DNA of 15,367 bases, taken from positions 1 to 15,367 of the forward strand of contig BBVC01000115.1 in NCBI GenBank assembly GCA_001192655.1, in the 5' to 3' direction. This document shows, one piece after another, positions 1 through 6,586 of the stretch (its first letter is position 1; each line of letters starts with the position of its first letter). The notes beneath the pieces were generated by a model. The model was not told where the DNA came from and did no database searches. It saw nothing but the letters and a program-made list of their open reading frames with translations. Both the position numbers and the translations under genes were made by a program. The stretch comes from Caedimonas varicaedens. GTDB lineage: Bacteria > Pseudomonadota > Alphaproteobacteria > Caedimonadales > Caedimonadaceae.

Positions 1-26
1 CCGATGTTGACATTATAAAAATAGAA

Positions 27-413
27 ATGCCTTCTCAAGGGTGGATCAAAACAATTCGTATGGCCTTAAAAATGACAAGCAAGCAATTAGGAAAAAGAAT
101 ACAAAAAACACAACAGAATGTTTCTATTTTGGAAAAAAATGAAGTGGAAGGAACAATCACTCTGCAATCCCTTGAGGAAATGGCACGTGTCCTGAATTGT
201 AAATTCTATTATGCGTTTATTCCTGAAGACAGCCTTGAAGAGCGCTTCAAAAAACAAATTCTTAAAAAAGCGCAAGAAGAAATGGCTTATATCTCTCATT
301 CAATGAGGCTTGAAAATCAGGACACATCCAGAGAAGAGATCGAGCATCAGATGAAGGAAATTGCCAGGGAACTTGAGCAAAAAAATACTCAGCGCATTTG
401 GGATGCAAAATGA
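27..413 (+). CDS. Mobile mystery protein A-like HTH (XRE/Cro-type) DNA-binding protein; probable regulator/antitoxin partner of a Fic protein
   Basis: 128-codon ORF. The N-terminal third (IRMALKMTSKQLGKRIQKTQQNVSILEKNE) has the XRE-type helix-turn-helix pattern. Its TGA overlaps the ATG of a downstream Fic-like ORF (ATGA at 410-413), as in the mobile mystery protein A/B pair (TIGR02612/TIGR02613) as I remember it. Not searched. Confidence 0.65.
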   Translation: MPSQGWIKTIRMALKMTSKQLGKRIQKTQQNVSILEKNEVEGTITLQSLEEMARVLNCKFYYAFIPEDSLEERFKKQILKKAQEEMAYISHSMRLENQDTSREEIEHQMKEIARELEQKNTQRIWDAK

Positions 414-622
414 AATTCATTTATCCTGAAGGGGCAACTCCTTTCAATCAGGATGACCAAAAAAACCTTATCCCTGATCACATTAAAACCCAGGCTGAAA
501 TTTGGCTTTTAAAAAGAAAAGGTAATTTGCTGACTACAGCCTTTTGTAAAAAACTTCACAAAAAAATGTTTGATAAAACATGGGCGTGGGCAGGAAATTT
601 TAGAACATATCAGATTATGTAG
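410..622 (+). pseudogene. Mobile mystery protein B-like Fic/DOC family protein, 5' fragment only (about 70 codons)
   Basis: The likely start is ATG 410, overlapping the upstream stop; the track's 398 start is probably too long. MKFIYPEGATPFNQDDQKNLIPDHIKTQAEI...LHKKMFDKTWAWAGNFRT resembles the region just upstream of the Fic motif. No HxFx(D/E)GNGR motif follows. The frame ends at TAG 620-622, exactly where IS3-like coding sequence begins. Confidence 0.55.
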
Positions 623-624
623 GG

Positions 625-1153
625 GCTGATCTTGTACAACAGCAATTCAGAAGAAAGAGACCCGATGAGGTCTGGGTCAGCGACATTACCTATATTTCCA
701 CTCTATCTGGTTGGATTTATTGTGCTGTTGTGATCGATATTTTTTCAAGGAGAGTCGTGAGACTTGCCGTTGATGACCATATGAGAACCGATCTTGTCCT
801 TTGTGCTTTAGAACAGACTCTCAAACATAGGCGTTCTCTCAAAGGGTTCTGATAAGGGCGCTCAATACATAAGCTATGCAAGCCGATGCTTACGGCATTC
901 GTTGAGTACAGAGCATGTGGGTAACACTTACGATAATGCTGTCGCTAAAAGTTTCTTTCATACTTTGAAAACAGAACATGTATATTTTAAGAGCTACAAA
1001 AATCTTGAAGAGGCTAAAATGGATATTTTTCAATATGTCTATGGTTTTTATAACCAAAAAAGAAGGCATTCAACTTTGGACTGTCTTTCACCAGCCCAAT
1101 TTGAAAATCATTCTTGCGTCAGCAAAAGTATCTCGCTTCCAACTGTCTACTAA
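625..1153 (+). mobile_element. IS3-family transposase OrfB (rve/DDE integrase core) remnant; 5'-truncated, frameshifted, lacks OrfA
   Basis: Frame 1 (625-852) reads ADLVQQQFRRKRPDEVWVSDITYISTLSGWIYCAVVIDIFSRRVVRLAVDDHMRTDLVLCALEQTL, then stops. Frame 2 (851-1153) continues SDKGAQYISYA...GNTYDNAVAKSFFHTLKTEHVY...FYNQKRRHSTLDCLSPAQFE. These are the classic IS3 OrfB signatures (W.DITY, viD.fSR, SD.G.QY, YDNA..ESFF..LK.E, FYN..R.HS.L). The N-terminal ~100 aa of OrfB and all of OrfA are missing. Confidence 0.8.
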
Positions 1154-1564
1154 ATGGTTGCAAAAATCAATTTGTGCTGGCGCACCTATGTAGTATTTGT
1201 CCCATAATTTCTCTTCAGGATGATACGCTATCTATACCAACACACAGAGGGACTTACAGGTAGTGGTCTAATATAAGGGAAGGGGGTATTTATAGTTTGG
1301 ATAGTTGATGAGTTGAATAGACACCATAGGTGTCATTCCTTATCAAATTAAAATGTGATCTGTAAGTGGTTTATTTTGTGACAGCTTGAGATTGAGTGTC
1401 TCTCAAAGCCCGTTTTGAATCTGCCAGCGCGCGGACAGCTCGTACAACTTATAAAGAGTATGTACTTAGGCTTACACAGCTACAGCATTATTTTCTTGAA
1501 AAGAATACTCTATAAGACAGATAAATAATACTTAATTCTCCAGATATTGCAGTACAATTATCAT

Positions 1565-1651
1565 TGGTGCCCCCGGGGAGACTCGAACTCCCACATCCTT
1601 GCGAATAACAGATTTTGAGTCTGCCGCGTCTACCAATTCCGCCACAGGGGC
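1565..1651 (-). tRNA. tRNA-Leu (anticodon CAA), 87 nt including encoded CCA
   Basis: Reverse complement: GCCCCTGTGGCGGAATTGGTAGACGCGGCAGACTCAAAATCTGTTATTCGCAAGGATGTGGGAGTTCGAGTCTCCCCGGGGGCACCA. The 7-bp acceptor stem is GCCCCTG/CGGGGGC with one G-U pair. The T-arm is GGGAG-TTCGAGT-CTCCC, the anticodon loop is CT-CAA-AA, and the long variable arm is typical of class II Leu tRNAs. Confidence 0.93.
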
Positions 1652-1951
1652 AATGACGTGCTTTTCGATTAAACCATCATCCAGTCTTTTTCGCACGTGA
1701 CGTCCTCAACGAGATTCGAACCTGTGTTGCCGCCATAAAAGACCAGCCCTCCTTATAACATGTTGATCCGTGCTTGTCTATCGTAAAATGCTTGAGTTAT
1801 AAGGGGTTTAGACGACTTTACCTGTTTGAACTATTCTTTTATTGTTGTCTATCATCTTCTGCCAAACAAAGCCTCTCTGATGCAGGATAAGAGGAGTTTA
1901 AATTGATTCTGTGTTTTCTTAAAACTGAATCAGGTTGCGCATCTCTTCTGA

Positions 1952-2050
1952 GTGGAAGATTGAATATTGACCCGTATGGAAACTGTTACGGCTGCTTTCT
2001 TCCGAACCTGACCGAGTTCACAGGACATATGTCCAATATCAATCTTCCAA
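1952..2050 (-). ncRNA. ffs: Signal recognition particle RNA (4.5S RNA, small bacterial type)
   Basis: The minus strand contains GGTCAGGTTCGGAAGAAAGCAGCC (1990-2013). This matches the universally conserved domain IV of E. coli 4.5S RNA (GGUCAGGUCCGGAAGGAAGCAGCC): a GGAA tetraloop closed by TTC/GAA, flanked by the AGG/AGCA symmetric-loop residues. The 5' arm GGAAGATTGATATTGG pairs with the 3' arm TCAATATTCAATCTTCC to close a ~97-nt hairpin. Ends are good to +/-3 nt. Confidence 0.85.
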
Positions 2051-2054
2051 GGGC

Positions 2055-2083
2055 AATATAAACACACTCAAAAAGCGATGCAA
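2055..2083 (-). promoter_or_regulatory. Putative sigma70-type promoter of ffs
   Basis: On the minus strand: TTGCAT (2083-2078), a 17-nt spacer, then TATATT (2060-2055). The predicted start, about 7 nt downstream, falls on the first G of the SRP RNA closing helix (about 2048). Confidence 0.45.
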
Positions 2084-2132
2084 GGAATTTACAAGACGTC
2101 TATCAAAAGATAGATAACGGGGGCTGCAATGC

Positions 2133-2406
2133 TTCGATAGAATCTCCCCCTCTGCAGAACAAAGCCGCCATGAATATTATATTGAGCATCGTCTCACGAG
2201 AGTCAGTCATCCCTGGATAAACGGACAGGTCGAGCGCATGACCCGAACCCTCAAAGAAGCACTGTGAAAAAGTACTATTACGAGACCAGCACTTCAAACA
2301 GCATCTCTCTGACTTTGTAAAAGCCTATAACTTTGCCAAACGACTCAAAACTCTTAAGGGGTTAACGACTTATGAATTTATTATTAAAATGAAGCAGAAC
2401 GATTGA
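2133..2406 (+). mobile_element. IS481-family (rve integrase core) transposase C-terminal remnant, frameshifted
   Basis: FDRISPSAEQSRHEYYIEHRLTRVSHPWINGQVERMTRTLKEAL, then a stop. After a frame change it reads KKYYYETSTS / HFKQHLSDFVKAYNFAKRLKTLKGLTTYEFIIKMKQND, with the stop at 2404-2406. The HPWTNGQVERMNRT.KEAT...L..F...YNFARRLKTL.GLTPYE pattern is the C-terminus of IS481-type transposases common in alphaproteobacteria. The N-terminal ~250 aa are missing. Confidence 0.7.
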
Positions 2407-2459
2407 GTATTAGCCTAAATCATCACAACTCGTGACTACACAGCTAACAACAATTTTCT

Positions 2460-2488
2460 TTGACAAATTATCTTTTTACATGTATATC
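2460..2488 (+). promoter_or_regulatory. Putative sigma70 promoter for the 515-aa membrane protein
   Basis: Consensus -35 TTGACA (2460-2465), a 17-nt spacer ending in TG, then -10 TATATC (2483-2488). An AGGA (2504-2507) lies 8 nt before ATG 2516. Confidence 0.4.
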
Positions 2489-2515
2489 AATTGTCTTTCC
2501 CGCAGGAATTCGTAA

Positions 2516-4063
2516 ATGAAAAATATACTATTAATAACTAATACGGTTTTATGTTTTTACTTTATAATATACTCAATAAGAAATTTGAGGGAATCTCCAA
2601 TCTTGAATTTAAGTATTCTTACATTTTCATTGATGTATTCAATAGGTTTTTTAATTATTATTTTTTATCCCAATGTATTCTTAGAAGATTATTTGCTACC
2701 AAATTATGATTTTCGTTATGCATTCCCTGTTCCTAAAAATAATGAACCTCTTTATGCGCTTACGATCGTACAGATTGGATTATTTTTAGGCATTGTCTTG
2801 TCAAAAAAAATTACATTTAGCTATTTTAATGTATGCAAAAATATTATCTATATTGATAAGAAATATTCCTTAGTTTTCGGCATTCTATTATTAATTATAT
2901 CTTACCTTTATTTTCTTTTGTTTTTTTATAATGATACTTCTTGGCCTTTGCTTTATTATCTAAAATCTCATTTAGATCCTGCAATTATATCTCATAATTG
3001 GAATATAATGCAAAATAATAAATCTTTTATTTTTTACATTTCAATAATGAGGCAATTTCTACAGATTGTTATGCCTCTTGCAGGCTTTTATCTGCTCATA
3101 TATTACTACCAATCAAAAAACTACTTTATTCTAATAATGATTATGTTACATTTCTTTATCTTCTTATTATTAATTATAGGTTCTCTAAAAAGCACGCCTA
3201 TTTTATTATTTTGCGTAGAATTAACTTTTTTTAGTATTATACAAAAACCTATAAATAAAAAAATGATTTTATCAGCAATTGCCATTGCTTTTATTGGCTA
3301 TTACAGCAATATCTCAATGAGACATTTTTATGTCTCCCCTCAAGTAAATACTACTTCAAAAACCGATTATTCTGAAAATAAAGATTATAGTCAATATAGG
3401 TTGTTTTCTCAATATTGTGCTGATTATTTTAAAAGCGGGAAAATTAAAATAGATTTTTCTAAAAAAGAACAAGAAAAATTGGAAGAACATACTAATAAAA
3501 TTAAACACCTCAATAAAAAGAATCCTTTTTTCTCTATTTTTATAGCAAGGCTTGTAGGAAGAATTTTGACAGGAGAAATGATGGATACTTTTATGATTGT
3601 TGGAAATAAAGAACTAACAGCTTATTATAAAAATAATGAACCATTATTAGGATATCTAAAAAAGATTCTAGGGTTCAATCAAATGACAATTTATCAGCAA
3701 TTCGCTAAAATTCTCTCAGGAGATTTAACGGCTGGTTCTATAACTATTTCTTTCTTTTTCGAACTTTTTTTATTATGTGGAAAATTTAGCGTTTTGATCA
3801 TCGCTTTATTTATTTTCTCTTTATCATATCTAGATAAACTTGTTTTTGGAAAAAATGAACATATTGAATTTGAAACTACTCAAAGAATTTTCATAGATCC
3901 TAGCTTTGCTTTTTTTGCAGTTCTAATTCCTATGATGGGATTAAAGGGTTTTATGACTTCATTTTTTACAGGTGGTTTCCTTACAGTACTAGCTTGGTTA
4001 ACATTTAAGTCTATTTTTTTATATTATCTTTTTCCTAAAAGAATTAACTCAGATATTTCATGA
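2516..4063 (+). CDS. Polytopic inner-membrane protein, about 10-11 TM segments with a large hydrophilic loop; possibly a Wzy-type oligosaccharide repeat-unit/O-antigen polymerase (functional guess)
   Basis: The 515-codon ORF stays open through extremely AT-rich DNA, where stops should be frequent. It has runs of hydrophobic 20-mers (VLCFYFIIYSI, LMYSIGFLIIIF, VFGILLLIISYLYFLLFF, FILIMIMLHFFIFLLLIIG, VLIIALFIFSL, FLTVLAWLTF). A lysine-rich soluble stretch spans about residues 265-400. Size, topology and very low GC relative to neighbours are typical of Wzy-like polymerases, but no diagnostic motif exists. Confidence 0.8.
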   Translation: MKNILLITNTVLCFYFIIYSIRNLRESPILNLSILTFSLMYSIGFLIIIFYPNVFLEDYLLPNYDFRYAFPVPKNNEPLYALTIVQIGLFLGIVLSKKITFSYFNVCKNIIYIDKKYSLVFGILLLIISYLYFLLFFYNDTSWPLLYYLKSHLDPAIISHNWNIMQNNKSFIFYISIMRQFLQIVMPLAGFYLLIYYYQSKNYFILIMIMLHFFIFLLLIIGSLKSTPILLFCVELTFFSIIQKPINKKMILSAIAIAFIGYYSNISMRHFYVSPQVNTTSKTDYSENKDYSQYRLFSQYCADYFKSGKIKIDFSKKEQEKLEEHTNKIKHLNKKNPFFSIFIARLVGRILTGEMMDTFMIVGNKELTAYYKNNEPLLGYLKKILGFNQMTIYQQFAKILSGDLTAGSITISFFFELFLLCGKFSVLIIALFIFSLSYLDKLVFGKNEHIEFETTQRIFIDPSFAFFAVLIPMMGLKGFMTSFFTGGFLTVLAWLTFKSIFLYYLFPKRINSDIS

Positions 4064-4107
4064 GGGTTTCGGGTGCCGTTAAAATTATTTTTGCGACGGA
4101 ATCAAAT

Positions 4108-4545
4108 TCATCCTGTGATTGTGGCTCGTTTTCCCCCAAAGACACGCTTTTGAATATTGTAAGTGAGATTGGCGGTGATTTTAATCGGCGCTCTGTCCAG
4201 ACCAATGGTGCGTATAAAGTGTCCCATGCGTTCTTTTTAGGGGGCAAAAATATGCTCTACATGGGGGCACGGATTTTAGATTCCTTGCCGTTGGCGCGGT
4301 GGGTGTTCAAGGGCATGGGCTTCTTCTTTAGTTTCTTGCGGTGAAGCTGAGAGCGAAATCCGTTCTCTGTAAGACCTTCTCTTTGACTTCGTTGCGGTAA
4401 GCCGTATCCTCTAAACAGAGCAAGACGTATTGTTTTTGTTCAAGAGAGATAGGCCAAGATCCTGCCGTCATAACGGCTGACGTCTTCGGCTTCTTACAAA
4501 CTTTCGATCGGAAGCTTACACAAATGTAAAAATATAACGCCAACC
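4108..4545 (-). mobile_element. IS5-family (IS5/IS1182-like DDE) transposase C-terminal remnant with several frameshifts
   Basis: Minus-strand frames read ...LEDTAYRNEVKEKVLQR / NGFRSQLHRKKLKKKPMPLNTHRANGKESKIRAP / HVEHIFAP / KERMGHFIRTIGLDRAPIKITANLTYNIQKRVF..., with the stop at 4108-4110. This matches the IS5-type tail pattern AD.AYRS...L...G..s.i.rK......L.....N...SK.R..VEH.F...K...g...iRtiGL.RA..ki.l.NL.YNi.R. Confidence 0.65.
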
Positions 4546-4549
4546 AGCC

Positions 4550-4562
4550 CTGTCACTATTAA
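4550..4562. repeat. Left terminal inverted repeat CTGTCACTATTAA
   Basis: Exact reverse complement of 5418-5430. It lies 6 nt outside the stop of the transposase-like ORF at 4568. Confidence 0.6.
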
Positions 4563-5417
4563 GTAGGTTACATTGAGCGTTTAAGCAGAGCAAGGTCAAA
4601 GGAAGCGAAAGAAGAAAGGTCTATTTTATCGAATCTTAGAGCAAGCTTTTTGTTTTTCTTGATTCTTCCAAAGAAGCGTTCAACATTTGAACGCGTTTGA
4701 TATCTTTCTTTGTCTTGTACGCTTAGGAAAACAGCCCCTTCTCTACGAGGGTAATCTTGTCTGACCCGTTTGAGAAAAGATTTCATGACTTCCTTGCCAC
4801 AACTCCCTTCTGTCAGGAGAACAGTGGTCTGAAAAGATAAGGAAGAGTCAGAGCCGCCTATAATATTCGTCCTGTATTGGCCAGAACGGTTTTTGTTCCC
4901 CCTTTTCCTTTGAATTGCCACGCATAATCATTCTTGTTGCTGGACGGGGTCTGTAAAAACCACACCTCTCCTTTCCGAGCTTCTTCCACAATGTCCAGAA
5001 TTTCCTGGACAAAATCTTCTTGAGCTTGAGTATCAGGAGCTTTACCGGGAATCAGTCGGGTCTTTTTGTAAGAACAACGGAGTTTTTTTAATCCAACGGC
5101 TCAGCCAGCTTTGTTCAATCAACACCCCAAATTCTTCTGCTAACCAGCCTTGTAAACAAAACAACGTAGAAATACAATTTCTTTGAACATGATCTCTTAT
5201 TCTTGTCAACATAAGGTGTTAACTTGGAAGGGCATCTGCCTTCATAATGGGTGGAACATAAACCTTTAAGACCTTGTTCAACAAAGAGTTTTGACCAATT
5301 TGTTAATGGGGCTTGTGACATCTGGAGAATAAAGCCAATCTCTTTTTGCTCATAGCCCCTCTATACGTTAAATCAAGCCAAAGTAAACAAAGTTAGTATA
5401 ATATAATTTTACTGTTG

Positions 5418-5430
5418 TTAATAGTGACAG
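5418..5430. repeat. Right terminal inverted repeat TTAATAGTGACAG
   Basis: Exact reverse complement of 4550-4562. It lies about 85 nt upstream of the first transposase-like codons and 10 nt from the hemW stop codon. Confidence 0.6.
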
Positions 5431-5440
5431 AGTGAAGTGT

Positions 5441-6586
5441 TTAAACAAGTAAATGCCCCAATACAGTATTCAGGCAGAGTTGACCTTTGGCAGTTGCTTT
5501 TAGGGTGAAGTTATCCAGAGCCAGATATCCTTCGGCGATCAAAAGATCAAGTTTTCTGCTAGAGAGAGCCTGACTGAAAGGTTGCCCTGCCAGCGCTTCA
5601 AGACGGGAAATAGCAATCCCCTCACGCAATCTTAATCCCATCATCAAAAGTTCGGTGAGCTGTTCGGGGGGGGTGATTTCCAGTTTTTCTTCCAGACCAT
5701 TTCCTATTTCCTGAACACTTTGAAGCCAGCGTTCCGGCGTACGAAAATTTTTGGTCGCCCATCGCTTTTGATCCATGTGCAAGCGACCATGGGCACCGGG
5801 ACCGATAGCGCCGTAATCATGGCTGCGCCAATAGATGAGGTTATGGCGTGAGGCTTCCCCTGGTTGTGCGTGATTGGAGATTTCATAGGCAGGCATTCCT
5901 GCTTTTTCCATGATTTCCTGTGTTAGTTCATAGAAATCTCCTGCCAACTGTTCTTCGGGCAGATGTAGGCGCCCCGCCTGCGCCTGTGTGTAGAATGCTG
6001 TTCCTTTCTCTAATGTCAATTGATAAAGAGAAAGATGAGAACCGGTGTGGGTCAACGCTTCTTCAAGCTCATCACGCCATTCTTGCAAGGATTGCTGGGG
6101 GCGGGCGTAGATCAGATCAAAGGAAAAGCGTTCAAAAGTTTGACGTGCGAGGGAAATAGCGTGCAAGGCTTCTTCCCGTCCATGAGCGCGTCCCAAAAAT
6201 TTTAGGGGTAAGTCATAAAGACTTTGAATTCCCAGGGATAAACGATTAACGCCTGCTGCTCTGAAGGCGTGGAATTTTTCCTGTTCGGCTGAATTGGGAT
6301 TGGCTTCCAGAGTCACTTCCAGGGAAGGATCAAGAGACCAGTAATGGGACAAGTGTGTCAGGATAGCCGCAACAGTTTGAGGCGTCATGAGAGAGGGAGT
6401 GCCACCGCCAAAAAAAACAGAAGTAAGTGTTCGTCCCGATGTTTGCCTGCCCAGAAAATCCAGTTCTTGTAAGTAAGCTTCTTCCCATTTTTTGTGATCA
6501 ATATGGTTGCGAACGTGGCTGTTAAAATCACAATAAGGGCACTTGGACACACAAAAAGGCCAGTGAATATAAAGGGCAAATGTCAT
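5441..6586 (-). CDS. hemW: Radical SAM family heme chaperone HemW (HemN-like, oxygen-independent coproporphyrinogen III oxidase-like)
   Basis: Motifs YIHWPFCVSKCPYCDFNS (CxxxCxxC radical SAM cluster) and FFGGGTPSL, at the length typical of HemW/YggW. I place the start at ATG 6586-6584 (MTFALYIHWPFC...), which overlaps the rdgB TGA as ATGA. The track's longer start (6637) would overlap rdgB by 55 nt. Confidence 0.9.
   Translation of the reverse strand: MTFALYIHWPFCVSKCPYCDFNSHVRNHIDHKKWEEAYLQELDFLGRQTSGRTLTSVFFGGGTPSLMTPQTVAAILTHLSHYWSLDPSLEVTLEANPNSAEQEKFHAFRAAGVNRLSLGIQSLYDLPLKFLGRAHGREEALHAISLARQTFERFSFDLIYARPQQSLQEWRDELEEALTHTGSHLSLYQLTLEKGTAFYTQAQAGRLHLPEEQLAGDFYELTQEIMEKAGMPAYEISNHAQPGEASRHNLIYWRSHDYGAIGPGAHGRLHMDQKRWATKNFRTPERWLQSVQEIGNGLEEKLEITPPEQLTELLMMGLRLREGIAISRLEALAGQPFSQALSSRKLDLLIAEGYLALDNFTLKATAKGQLCLNTVLGHLLV

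Larger units (their letters stand above)
4550..5430 (-). mobile_element. Degenerate ~881-bp IS bounded by 13-bp perfect inverted repeats; IS630-like N-terminal two-thirds joined to an IS5 (IS427-type)-like RFDK tail
   Basis: Minus-strand fragments from 5333 downward: MSQAPLTNWSKLFVEQGLKGL.STHYEGR.PSKLTP (IS630 HTH, GRP.KL); WLAEEFGVLIEQSWLSRWIKK..SYKKTRLIPGKAPDTQAQEDFVQEILDIVEEARKGEVWF (IS630 pattern); DYAWQFKGKGG. The ORF at 4568-4921 ends YQTRSNVERFFGRIKKNKKLALRFDKIDLSSFASFDLA, the Y..RN.VERFF..iK..RriAtRyDK tail of IS427/IS1031-type IS5 elements. Multiple frameshifts mean there is no intact transposase. Confidence 0.55.

Noticed and set aside
5-16. TTGACATTAT shared by 7-16 and 7716-7725 as a possible common regulatory motif or promoter
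   Set aside because: It is only a 10-nt match. Neither copy has a suitably spaced -10 element before the nearby start codon, so this is most likely chance in AT-rich DNA.
87-299. 70-aa minus-strand ORF inside the mobile mystery protein A gene
   Set aside because: It is antisense to a gene with a recognisable HTH. Its low-complexity Phe/Leu-rich translation is typical of a shadow frame in A-rich coding DNA.
978-1193. 71-aa plus-strand ORF overlapping the IS3 remnant
   Set aside because: It is an alternative frame of the IS3 OrfB tail. The frame starting at 851/902 carries the YDNA...FYN..RRHS signatures, and this one carries none.
1653-1950. Possible two-piece (permuted) tmRNA between tRNA-Leu and ffs, prompted by the GGTTCGAATC T-loop-like motif
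   Set aside because: I found no tag-peptide reading frame ending in a hydrophobic Ala-Ala stop context, no tRNA-Ala-like acceptor with a G-U pair, and no CCA. Only the T-loop resembles one.
2103-2297. 64-aa minus-strand ORF
   Set aside because: It is antisense to the IS481-type C-terminal remnant (HPWINGQVERM...), and its product has no recognisable features.
4060-4344. 94-aa plus-strand ORF after the membrane protein gene, plus minus-strand ORFs 4044-4247 and 4328-4543 as separate genes
   Set aside because: The plus ORF is antisense to IS5-like coding remnants. The two minus ORFs are frame fragments of one decayed transposase tail (VEHIF...IRTIGL...NLTYNI), so I treat them as a single pseudogene.
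5115-5321. 68-aa and 117-aa (4568-4921) minus-strand ORFs as independent functional genes
   Set aside because: They are fragments of frameshifted transposase sequence inside the 881-bp IS, and neither contains a complete catalytic domain.
5704-6579. Short ORFs within hemW (5704-5886 -, 5920-6159 +, 6020-6205 +, 6385-6579 -)
   Set aside because: They are alternative-frame or antisense shadows of a well-supported radical SAM gene.
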